From contig JAUHWN010000002.1 of assembly GCA_030424665.1 (NCBI GenBank), positions 7,731 through 71,730 on the forward strand: 64,000 nucleotides of DNA, in the 5' to 3' direction. The notes beneath the pieces are model-generated. The model was not told the origin of the DNA. It did no database searches and saw only the letters and a list, made by a program, of their open reading frames with translations. The stretch comes from Bdellovibrionia bacterium (GTDB taxonomy: Bacteria > Bdellovibrionota > Bdellovibrionia > Bdellovibrionales > JAGQZY01). Every line of letters starts with the position of its first letter. Within the stretch, counting starts at the first letter, position 1. Positions 9,958 to 18,341 of this stretch are shown piece by piece. The position numbers and the translations under genes were made by a program.

Positions 9958-10177
9958 TAAACTCTCTCACAATGGTGTGGAAGGAGTTTACTGTCAAACC
10001 TAAAGCCGAGGGAGTGAACGAACCTGCCCCATAAATATCGCAGTTCATCATGAAGCACAGCCGTCTTTTTGTTTACAGGCAAATTCTGGAGAAAAGTCCG
10101 GAGACTTGCTTATTTTTTAAGCAGAAATACAAGGGTGATAGCTTATTTTTAGAGGCCAAAGGACTCCTAAGCCTGAC

Positions 10178-10669
10178 TCAACTGGGAAAGCTCAGCTGAC
10201 TGCCAAGCCAATTCGTTTGGGTATAAATCACCTGTAAAATGATATTGCTGACTAAGCCTGCTGCCAGATCATCAACAACGGTACCTAGTCCGCCCTTAAC
10301 TTTTTTATCCAAATAACTAATGGGGTAGGGTTTCAGAATATCGAAAAGCCGAAACAACAAAAAGCCAGCTAAAAGGGACTGCCATGTCATCGGCAACCAA
10401 ACCATGGTCACTAAGAATCCAGCGACCTCATCAATGGTTACATGACTCTGGTCATGCTCACCCGAATATTGTTCATAAAGATGGCAAACCCAAATTGAAA
10501 TGCCAATAAACAAGAAACTGAGAACCATGTAATTGAGAATCCCAGCAAGACTAAAAACATAGGCCAGTGGCAAACCCCAGAGAGTTCCCACTGTACCGGG
10601 CATGAACTTAACTTTTTTAAAAAAACCACAGGTCGCTAATATTTCTATGATGAACTTGTACTTTTCCAT
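10178..10669 (-). CDS. pgpA: phosphatidylglycerophosphatase A
   Basis: PgpA motifs PGTVGTLWGLPLA, IDEVAG and FRLFDILKPYP. Small polytopic protein. Confidence 0.85.
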   Translation of the reverse strand: MEKYKFIIEILATCGFFKKVKFMPGTVGTLWGLPLAYVFSLAGILNYMVLSFLFIGISIWVCHLYEQYSGEHDQSHVTIDEVAGFLVTMVWLPMTWQSLLAGFLLFRLFDILKPYPISYLDKKVKGGLGTVVDDLAAGLVSNIILQVIYTQTNWLGSQLSFPS

Positions 10670-10828
10670 TAGTTCCTAATTCGCATCTAAGGCCGTTCTT
10701 TACTTCCTACCGCAAATAGAGGCCTCTATCGAGTCTTTTTTAGGGAATTGAACTATTTAACCGATATCGACATTGGTCCTGTCACAAAAATAGTCTCTTC
10801 AACCGATAAGAACTACTGAGGAGTAGTA

Positions 10829-12091
10829 ATGACCATAGACGAAATACTCACGCTGGCAGTAAAAAAAGGAGCCAGTGATGTACACATCAAAGCAGGGATC
10901 GTTCCCGTTGTTCGAAAGCACGGTATGCTTCGTCCCCTTGCCGCTGGTCTTCCTCAATTGTCATCAGAAAATATCGAACAAATGGCAGCCACCATGATGG
11001 ACGATGAGGCCAAAAAACACTTTCGTGAGTTCAACGAAGTCGACTTGGGTTATGGTGTTCGTGGTCTTGGACGTTTTCGCGTTAATATATTCATGCAACG
11101 TGGATCTATGCGAATGGTAATTCGAACCATTCCTTTTAAAGTTCCGCAGCTAGAAGAACTGCAACTTCCGAGTGTTGTGCAAAAAATCTCTGACCTTGAG
11201 CGGGGCCTCGTTTTAGTAACTGGTGTCACTGGATCGGGAAAATCAACCACGCTTGCCGCCATGATCGATCACATCAATAGAACTAAAAATAAACATATTC
11301 TGACCATTGAAGATCCCATTGAATACCTGATTAGGGACCGCAAGAGTCTCGTTTCACAAAGGGAACTCGGAGTTGATACCTATTCTTTTACTGGTGCCCT
11401 CCGAGCGGCCCTCAGACAAGATCCTGATATCATCCTCATTGGTGAGATGAGAGATAAAGAAACCATTGATATCGCCCTCGTAGCGGCTGAGACCGGCCAC
11501 CTCGTGCTCTCCACGTTGCACACTCTCGATGCCACTGAATCGATCAACCGAATTCTCTCGTGCTATGAACCTTATCAGCAACTACAAATTCGTCGACAAC
11601 TGGCCTCTGTCCTCAAGGCGACGATTTCCCAACGTCTTTGTCGCAAAGCCGACAAAAAGGGCTTTGTTCCGGCCGTAGAGGTCTTGATAAATAATCCTCG
11701 AATTAAAGAACTCATCGAGGATGAAACGCGCACAAAAGAGATTAAGTCAGCGATTGAACAAGGTCGCGGAAATAACATGCAGTCTTTTGATCAAAGCCTT
11801 ATGGTTCTTGTGAGTAAAAAATTAATCACTTTTGAAGAGGGCATGAAGCAGGCTGCGAATCCTGAAGACTTTCAACTTCGATTTCAAGGTATTGCTTCTG
11901 GTGGAGATCATTTCTCGCAACACGACAAAGTGGGCGAGATGGATATGCAAAAAAGTTGGGACAATCTCGAAAAACTCGAGATCGACCCTTCATCGAAAGA
12001 GAAAAATCGCAAAGACATCGACCCCAGTTTAAAAATCCAGAAAAACCAAGACTACGGCGGTATGGATGACGACAGTGAGGATGCGAGTTAA
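10829..12091 (+). CDS. pilT: type IV pilus retraction ATPase PilT with a charged C-terminal extension
   Basis: Walker A GVTGSGKSTTLA, Asp box and Walker B DIILIGEMRD, and His box LVLSTLHT. About 70 extra C-terminal residues are rich in Asp, Glu and Lys. RBS GAGGAG lies upstream. Confidence 0.9.
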   Translation: MTIDEILTLAVKKGASDVHIKAGIVPVVRKHGMLRPLAAGLPQLSSENIEQMAATMMDDEAKKHFREFNEVDLGYGVRGLGRFRVNIFMQRGSMRMVIRTIPFKVPQLEELQLPSVVQKISDLERGLVLVTGVTGSGKSTTLAAMIDHINRTKNKHILTIEDPIEYLIRDRKSLVSQRELGVDTYSFTGALRAALRQDPDIILIGEMRDKETIDIALVAAETGHLVLSTLHTLDATESINRILSCYEPYQQLQIRRQLASVLKATISQRLCRKADKKGFVPAVEVLINNPRIKELIEDETRTKEIKSAIEQGRGNNMQSFDQSLMVLVSKKLITFEEGMKQAANPEDFQLRFQGIASGGDHFSQHDKVGEMDMQKSWDNLEKLEIDPSSKEKNRKDIDPSLKIQKNQDYGGMDDDSEDAS

Positions 12092-12236
12092 GCATTCTCC
12101 TTTGAATTGGATTGCCGTTTCGGCTTAATAATTCAACCCTTTCAAAGTCTCAAATCGAAACAATTCAGCCTTAGTGTGTACGAAATTTTCAGCTGTCATT
12201 CTTATAGACGCCGATCTCCCACTCATTACCTTGGAG

Positions 12237-12260
12237 TTGGTCTCGAGTTTGTATCTATAA
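12237..12260 (+). promoter_or_regulatory. candidate promoter element shared by the two paralogous lipoprotein genes (TTGG-N9-TTG-ATCTATAAA)
   Basis: TTGGTCTCGAGTTTGTATCTATAA lies 50 nt upstream of 12310. A near-identical arrangement sits at 13223-13249. GG/TG spacing equals that of sigma-54 -24/-12 elements, but the -12 GC is not conserved. A sigma-70 -10 (TATAAA) reading is also possible. Confidence 0.3.
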
Positions 12261-12309
12261 ATTTACTAAGGGGATTACAAAGTTTTTGTAATAGGTATTT
12301 GGGGGAAAA

Positions 12310-13143
12310 ATGATTCGTTTCAAGATCCAGCACGCTGTGCTCTTTTCTATACTTTCTTTATTTATAATCTCATTCCAGAATTGCGCTGAAGAAGGTGCTC
12401 TTAGCTTGAAGTCGATTGGTAATAACAACAATCAAGCTGAGAACAATCCCACTGATGAAACCGTAGAGCCAGTCGAAGAAGAAGTCGAAGAGCCAGTTGC
12501 GACTCCGACACCCGCTCCTCCGAAATTCAGAGCTGGTGACGTGGTATCAGTTGATAAAATGCCTTCGGATAAGACTTATATGAAAGATGGCCTCAATGCC
12601 TACATAGTTTCAGGTGGCTTTAAAGCTATTGCCATCGCAGCTAATGGCTACGGATACATGAGCTATGGCGGGCAAACCGCGGTTAGTAATGATCAAGCGG
12701 AAGCCAATCAGAGAGCTCTCGAAGCCTGCCAGATTGCCAGTAACAACAATGCTTGCGCAATTTGGGCCGAAGCAAATGTCGTAAAATACGACGAAGCAGA
12801 TTTTCCAAACAATTTTGTTTTACCAATCAATCTCGCCGACACTTCATACGCTCCAGCTAAAGTTCCCTGGATCGATAGTGACGTACGGGGCAATCAACTT
12901 AATGCCTATACCAATGGTGCAACTCAAAAAGCACTTGCTCTGGCTCTTGATGGCGGTGGCGGATTTGGTCGTGGAGAAGCCAGTCAAAATGCTGCTAGAA
13001 ATACTGCTCTTACCGAATGTCGGAATGCTAATGCTCCCGACGATTGCATCATCTACGCGGTCAATGGACAGATCGTTTTAGATGCGGCAATTATCGAAGC
13101 ATTCTTTATGGCTAACTATTACGAAGCACCACCTTCGTTCTAA
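12310..13143 (+). CDS. lipoprotein with two Cys-pair (DUF4189-like) modules, paralog 1
   Basis: Lipobox ISFQNC, an acidic/Pro linker, then two modules: FKAIAIAANGYGY...ACQIASNNNACAIWA and KALALALDGGGGFG...ECRNANAPDDCIIYA. Clearly paralogous to 13279-14049. Confidence 0.65.
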   Translation: MIRFKIQHAVLFSILSLFIISFQNCAEEGALSLKSIGNNNNQAENNPTDETVEPVEEEVEEPVATPTPAPPKFRAGDVVSVDKMPSDKTYMKDGLNAYIVSGGFKAIAIAANGYGYMSYGGQTAVSNDQAEANQRALEACQIASNNNACAIWAEANVVKYDEADFPNNFVLPINLADTSYAPAKVPWIDSDVRGNQLNAYTNGATQKALALALDGGGGFGRGEASQNAARNTALTECRNANAPDDCIIYAVNGQIVLDAAIIEAFFMANYYEAPPSF

Positions 13144-13151
13144 GTAGCTTC

Positions 13152-13190
13152 AAGCAGGTGGAAAATTGTTAGACACCTGCTTAGCTTTTG
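13152..13190 (+). terminator. possible rho-independent terminator between the two paralogs
   Basis: A 9-bp stem AAGCAGGTG/CACCTGCTT (13152-13160 and 13174-13182) with a 13-nt loop, followed by AGCTTTTG. The T-tract is weak. Confidence 0.4.
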
Positions 13191-13222
13191 AAGCTTAAAT
13201 CGATCAGAATCCCCGTTCGTCT

Positions 13223-13249
13223 TTGGCACTATTCTTGATCTATATAAAA
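13223..13249 (+). promoter_or_regulatory. candidate promoter element, TGGCAC-N5-TTGA followed by ATCTATATAAAA
   Basis: TTGGCACTATTCTTGATCTATATAAAA lies 30 nt upstream of 13279. The -24 box TGGCAC is perfect, with sigma-54 spacing to TTGA (consensus TTGC). The layout is conserved with 12237-12260. Confidence 0.35.
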
Positions 13250-13278
13250 GTATAACGATTAGGTTACGGGGTACGAAG

Positions 13279-14049
13279 ATGACTAACTCACTAAAAAAAC
13301 TAACGATAATCTTTTTCTCACTAGGGCTGATGGTCTTATTTCAAAATTGCTCTCCAGCGAGCACTAAGACCGCTCCCCCAAGCAATAATAACGGAAGCGG
13401 AACCGGTGATCCTACGCCCACTCCAAATCCGAATCCAACTAACAACGCATTCACTGCAGGAGATGCAGTTTCCAGTCAAAATATTCCAACTGATAAATCG
13501 TATATGCTTAACAATCTGAGCAACTACCTAGCTGCCAGTGGCTTTAAAGCGATTGCGATTGCACAAAACGGTTACGGCTACCTTATGTATGGGGATACCG
13601 ATGCCCCCAGTGAGAATCAAACAATTGCCAGTGTACGAGCCATGGAAGCCTGTCAAATTGCGAGCGACAACAATGCTTGCTCTCTTTTTGCAGAGGGCAA
13701 TACAGTTAAATACGATGAAGCTGACTTTAACCAGAATTTCCAAAAGTTTATCGATCTTTCAGTGTCTACCTACTCAGCTGATAACGTGCCTTTCGTAAAT
13801 GAGGCCATTTACACAAACACCCTTCCCGGTTACACCAATGGTGGCACGAACAAAGCTTTAGCCCTGACCATTGATGGCGGTGGAGGATTTAGAGTTGGAG
13901 CTCCTACGGCAGATGAAGCTGAAGCCGATGCTATGAACCAATGTGAGCAGGCCAACCCTGGCTTCTGCCTCCTCTACTCGATAAACGATCAGGTGGTTCT
14001 CGATCAGGCCGCCATAACAAGTTTCTTTAACGCAAATTTCAAAGAGTAA
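13279..14049 (+). CDS. lipoprotein with two Cys-pair (DUF4189-like) modules, paralog 2
   Basis: Lipobox VLFQNC and a Pro/Thr/Asn linker. Blocks are shared with paralog 1: GFKAIAIA-NGYGY, ACQIAS-NNAC, VKYDEADF, YTNG..KALAL..DGGGGF, and Q-VLD-AAI--FF-AN. Confidence 0.65.
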   Translation: MTNSLKKLTIIFFSLGLMVLFQNCSPASTKTAPPSNNNGSGTGDPTPTPNPNPTNNAFTAGDAVSSQNIPTDKSYMLNNLSNYLAASGFKAIAIAQNGYGYLMYGDTDAPSENQTIASVRAMEACQIASDNNACSLFAEGNTVKYDEADFNQNFQKFIDLSVSTYSADNVPFVNEAIYTNTLPGYTNGGTNKALALTIDGGGGFRVGAPTADEAEADAMNQCEQANPGFCLLYSINDQVVLDQAAITSFFNANFKE

Positions 14050-14130
14050 ATGAATGGGGCTATTAGCCCCTCTTTAGCTGATTTCTTAGATTCTATGGAC
14101 AAATAGGTCATTCCATCCTATGACTTCATC

Positions 14131-14553
14131 ATGCCTAAAAAACCAGCACGCGAAAAACTCATGGACTATCTCGCCAGACGCGACCATTCCGAAATGGAGC
14201 TCCGGCAAAAACTCAGAGCCAACTACGAAGATTCTGAAATTTCCGAAGCTATCGAAGAGGCTAAAGAAACCGGTTGGCTCCCCGAAGAGGGCGAACTTTC
14301 AAAGAAAGTGGCCAGGCAGCTTGATGCAAGAGGCAAAGGATACCTTTACATCTGTAATTACCTGCGAAAAAAAGGCCTCCCTCGAGTTCCCAAAAATTCT
14401 GAAATAGAAATGTCAAAGGCTCTCGATTTCGCAGAAGCTAAATTAGGTCCAGATAAGAAGACCTGGAAAGAAAACACTGATAAACTCTGTCGCTGGTTGA
14501 AAAGTCGAGGCTTTGAAGACGAGACGATTTGGAAGGTAGTTTATGGAGAGTAA
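14131..14553 (+). CDS. recX: RecA regulator RecX
   Basis: 140-aa helical-repeat protein. The N-terminus AREKLMDYLARRDHSEMELRQKL is typical of RecX. It overlaps alaS by 11 nt, giving the classic recX-alaS arrangement. Confidence 0.8.
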   Translation: MPKKPAREKLMDYLARRDHSEMELRQKLRANYEDSEISEAIEEAKETGWLPEEGELSKKVARQLDARGKGYLYICNYLRKKGLPRVPKNSEIEMSKALDFAEAKLGPDKKTWKENTDKLCRWLKSRGFEDETIWKVVYGE

Positions 14554-17263
14554 AAAGATTCGCGATCATTTTGTAAAGTATTTCGAAAAGCAAGGCCATC
14601 AGCACTTGCCCAGCTCATCTTTGATTCCTGAAGATGATCCGACTCTCTTATTTGCCAACGCCGGGATGAATCAGTTTAAAAATAAATTTCTCGGCCTGGA
14701 GAAACCAGAATCAAAGCGGGCCGTGACTGTTCAAAAAGTCGTACGCGCTGGTGGTAAACACAATGACCTTGAAAACGTTGGACACACAGCCCGACACCAT
14801 ACTTTTTTTGAAATGCTCGGTAACTTTTCGTTTGGTGATTACTTTAAAGATGATGCGATAGCCTTCGCCTGGGAGTTTCTCACCCAAGAATTGGCAATTC
14901 CAAAAGATAAACTCTATGTCACCGTATTTGAATCGGACGATGATGCCGCCGAAATCTGGCAAAAAAAGATTGGTGTCCCAAAAGATAAAATTTACCGGTT
15001 CGGCGAAAAGGACAACTTCTGGCGGATGGGCGACACTGGGCCCTGTGGCCCTTGCTCCGAAATCTTTTTTGATCACGGTCCCAATTGTTACCCAGGTGCA
15101 GACAAAGAGACAATGGAAGACGGTGGAGATCGCTTTGTCGAAATTTGGAATCTGGTATTCATGCAATACAATGAAGATGGAACAGGACAAAAACCCCTTC
15201 CATCTCCGTCCGTTGATACCGGTTCCGGTCTTGAACGTGTTGCGGCCGTCATGCAAAACCAATTTAATAACTACGACACAGATATTTTTTCTCCGATCAT
15301 TCGATCGGCGGCCAATCAATCAAAAAAAGATTACGTCTCTGATCCTCATATTCTAAAAGATGATGAGGAGGCTCGAAAAACGACCGCTGCCATGCGAGTC
15401 GTTGCCGACCATGCCAGAGCAACTTGTTTTCTTATTGCCGACGGTGTTCTTCCTTCAAACGAAGGACGCGGCTATGTACTCAGAAGAATCATGCGCCGAG
15501 GAATTCGCTACGGTCGAAATCTAACGGACTCCCAAGACTTGTTTTCGATTCTCGTTGGTACGGTGATAGAACAAATGTCTGATTTCTACCCCTACCTTTT
15601 AGATCGTAAAAAAATTATCATGCGAAACGTACAGGATGAAACAAAGAGGTTTCTCAGTACTCTGGATCAAGGAACAGATATATTAAATAATCAGCTTAAA
15701 AAACTGAATCCCGGCGACCAACTCGACACTGAAGTCGTCTTCAAACTTTATGACACCTTTGGTTTTCCCGTCGATCTCACTCGAGTTATGGCTGAAGAGC
15801 GCAATGTTAAAGTTGATGAATCTGCTTTCGAAGCCCGCATGGAAGAATCCAAGGCTCAGGCTCGGGCTAGCTGGAAGGGTTCTGGTCCGGACTCTGATGA
15901 ACAATCTTTAATCGCAATTACTCACGAAGTTCACAAAAGTACCGGAGACACTGAGTTTACCGGATATACCGAAACTTCAGATGTTGCGCAGATTCTCGCT
16001 CTCTTAAAAGGGGGTGTTAGAAGCGAATCCCTTAAAAAAGGCGATAAAGGTTATATCATTTGTGATCAAACTTGTTTCTATGCTGAAAGTGGTGGGCAAG
16101 TTGGAGATACAGGATTTATCCTTTCTTGGAGCCCAGAGGCCCTAGCAAAGGTCACTGATTGCCAAAAGAAAAATGGTATCTTCATTTTAAGTGTTGAAGT
16201 ACTCGACGGAGAATTGAAGCCTCAAACTGAAATCTTACAAATTGTTGATGAAAGTCGTCGTCGAGCAATAATGTCTAACCACTCTGCAACACACTTGCTT
16301 CACGCTGCCTTAAGAGATGTACTCGGAGATCACGTCACCCAGGCTGGTTCTCTCGTCGACGCTACTCGATTAAGATTTGACTTTACCCACAACCAGCCCC
16401 TGAATCAGCACGAAATTTTAGCGATTGAAAGTCTCGTCAATGAGCAGGTCGGAGCCAGTCACAGTGTACAGAGTACGTTAAAGACCTACGACCAAGCCGT
16501 TGCCGATGGAGCTCTCGCACTTTTCGGCGAGAAATACGAAGATGAAGTTCGAGTCATTAAAATGGGTCCTTTTTCTATGGAGCTTTGCGGAGGAACCCAT
16601 GTCAGTAATACCAACGACATTCGAGTCTTTAAAATAGTTACAGAAACCGGTGTCAGCTCGGGCGTGCGTCGAATCGAAGCTTTAACTGGTAATCTGGCCT
16701 TTAATTATTTGAATCAGCTCACTGAGCAACATAAAAAACTTTTGCAAGAGAGAAATCATCGAATCGATTGGAAGACCCTTTCGGAGCCCCTTAATCCTGA
16801 GCAATTTGCAGACTCACCGATCGAAGAGGATATTTTAAAACTTCAGGCTAAAATCAAAAATCTAGAAAAGTCCTTTAAAGATGTACAATCCAGCCAAACT
16901 GATTTTGACTCTCTCATTAGCCAAGCCCATGACTTTAACATTCAGGGGACCAGTGGACGACTTGTTTGGGCACCTCTTCAGTTGGACGACCGAAAAATTC
17001 TCTCCGAAATGACAGATAAAATTAAAGACAAGGTTCAATCTGGAATCGTCGTTGTCATTGGTCAAGGAGAGGATAGTTCACCACTGATTGTTTCAGTCAC
17101 CAAGGATTTGTCGGGATCAATAAAGGCCGGAGATGTCATTAAAAAGATAACTGCCATTACCGGTGGTAAAGGTGGAGGTCGTCCTGACTTCGCCCAGGGA
17201 GCCATTCAAGATCGTGGCAACTTGGATAAAGCAAAAGCCGACCTTATCGGTGGACTCAACTAG
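14543..17263 (+). CDS. alaS: alanine--tRNA ligase
   Basis: 906 aa. Class II motifs FANAGMNQFK and HHTFFEMLGNFSFGDYFK, the editing-domain HxxxH/CGGTH motif (SNHSATHLLH and ELCGGTHV), and a C-terminal DHHA1-like GGKGGGRPDFAQG. Confidence 0.97.
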   Translation: MESKKIRDHFVKYFEKQGHQHLPSSSLIPEDDPTLLFANAGMNQFKNKFLGLEKPESKRAVTVQKVVRAGGKHNDLENVGHTARHHTFFEMLGNFSFGDYFKDDAIAFAWEFLTQELAIPKDKLYVTVFESDDDAAEIWQKKIGVPKDKIYRFGEKDNFWRMGDTGPCGPCSEIFFDHGPNCYPGADKETMEDGGDRFVEIWNLVFMQYNEDGTGQKPLPSPSVDTGSGLERVAAVMQNQFNNYDTDIFSPIIRSAANQSKKDYVSDPHILKDDEEARKTTAAMRVVADHARATCFLIADGVLPSNEGRGYVLRRIMRRGIRYGRNLTDSQDLFSILVGTVIEQMSDFYPYLLDRKKIIMRNVQDETKRFLSTLDQGTDILNNQLKKLNPGDQLDTEVVFKLYDTFGFPVDLTRVMAEERNVKVDESAFEARMEESKAQARASWKGSGPDSDEQSLIAITHEVHKSTGDTEFTGYTETSDVAQILALLKGGVRSESLKKGDKGYIICDQTCFYAESGGQVGDTGFILSWSPEALAKVTDCQKKNGIFILSVEVLDGELKPQTEILQIVDESRRRAIMSNHSATHLLHAALRDVLGDHVTQAGSLVDATRLRFDFTHNQPLNQHEILAIESLVNEQVGASHSVQSTLKTYDQAVADGALALFGEKYEDEVRVIKMGPFSMELCGGTHVSNTNDIRVFKIVTETGVSSGVRRIEALTGNLAFNYLNQLTEQHKKLLQERNHRIDWKTLSEPLNPEQFADSPIEEDILKLQAKIKNLEKSFKDVQSSQTDFDSLISQAHDFNIQGTSGRLVWAPLQLDDRKILSEMTDKIKDKVQSGIVVVIGQGEDSSPLIVSVTKDLSGSIKAGDVIKKITAITGGKGGGRPDFAQGAIQDRGNLDKAKADLIGGLN

Positions 17264-17270
17264 ACTCAGT

Positions 17271-17301
17271 AAAAAAGGGAGCTGGTGGCTCCCTTTTTTT
17301 T
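17271..17301. terminator. bidirectional rho-independent terminator
   Basis: AAAAAAGGGAGC-TGGTG-GCTCCCTTTTTTTT. A 6-bp GC-rich stem is flanked by an A-run and a T-run. It sits between the convergent alaS (+) and K+ channel (-) genes. Confidence 0.8.
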
Positions 17302-17327
17302 AAAACTCTAAAATTATACCATTAAAG

Positions 17328-18338
17328 CTAAGCTTCAAATAATTTCAAGGTTTCCTTGTAGTCATCCCTCTTCACAATCCCAACGACACAATCATCAACG
17401 CGAAATATCTCGTCCCCCTTTGGTGCAAAAATAAATTCATCGTTACCACGCCGAATCCCAATGACCACAAAACCGTGGTCTCCCTTTTTTAGACCACTGT
17501 TAACCAGTGCCTTGCCCTCTAAGGGGGAACCCGACTTAACCGTGATATCGACAACCTGCACTCCATGCTCGGTACCATCCGTTAAGCCACCAATTTCCAT
17601 TATTTCTTCGACGGCAGGATTAATTACTGATTGTGCCACTTTCTTTCCACTCATCGTTAGTGGCTGCACCACTCGATTGGCCCCCATCCGAACCATTCTA
17701 TTTCGTGCGGTCTCCGAGCTCGCTCGAATCACTGTGTAGATATCTGGATTAATATTTCGTGCAGCGAGAAGAACATAAAGGCTATCGGCATCACTATCGA
17801 TCGCAGAGACAAGTACATTGGCCCTTTCAACACAGACTTCAATTAGAATATCATCTTCAGCCGCATCCCCTTCAACCCATAAATAATTCGTTTGCCTGAG
17901 CTGTTCAATACACTCTGGTTTTTGCTCAATAACCACAAAGGGAAATCCCTTCAAAGAAAGTTCTTCGCAAATAACTTTTCCCATGCGGCCATATCCACAA
18001 ATAATGGCATGACCTCGGAGACGTGCGATTTCCTTGAGCATCCTCTTTCTCCTTCTTTTCTCAATTTCTTCGAATTGAGACGAAACAAACTCACGTAAAA
18101 TGTAGGCAAAGGTACCAATTCCGAAAAGCATCAGGAAAATTGTGAAAACACGGCCTTCATCACTGAGCTTATGAACCTCACCGTAACCAGTGGTTGTTAG
18201 AGTGATGACCGTCATGTAGAGAGAGTCTAAAAAGTCCCAGTCCTCAATGAGCTCATATCCAATGACCCCAAAAGAGAAAACGCTAAGTAATAATGCTATA
18301 TAAACAAGACTTCTATTTGATTCCATGCCCTTAGGCAC
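17328..18338 (-). CDS. potassium channel with RCK (TrkA-N/TrkA-C) gating domain
   Basis: Two TM segments flank the selectivity filter TLTTTGYGE. A Rossmann motif IICGYGRMG (TrkA-N) and a TrkA-C-like C-terminus follow. Confidence 0.85.
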   Translation of the reverse strand: MPKGMESNRSLVYIALLLSVFSFGVIGYELIEDWDFLDSLYMTVITLTTTGYGEVHKLSDEGRVFTIFLMLFGIGTFAYILREFVSSQFEEIEKRRRKRMLKEIARLRGHAIICGYGRMGKVICEELSLKGFPFVVIEQKPECIEQLRQTNYLWVEGDAAEDDILIEVCVERANVLVSAIDSDADSLYVLLAARNINPDIYTVIRASSETARNRMVRMGANRVVQPLTMSGKKVAQSVINPAVEEIMEIGGLTDGTEHGVQVVDITVKSGSPLEGKALVNSGLKKGDHGFVVIGIRRGNDEFIFAPKGDEIFRVDDCVVGIVKRDDYKETLKLFEA

Positions 18339-18341
18339 ATT

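Noticed and set aside
12107-12313. A 68-aa ORF in the pilT-lipoprotein intergenic region.
   Set aside because: It has no RBS, its composition is not protein-like (Cys/Phe/Ser-rich), and it overlaps the candidate promoter and leader hairpin of the lipoprotein gene.
14120-14407. A 95-aa ORF overlapping recX in another frame.
   Set aside because: The recX frame has the family-typical N-terminus and is coupled to alaS. The alternative frame has no recognisable features.
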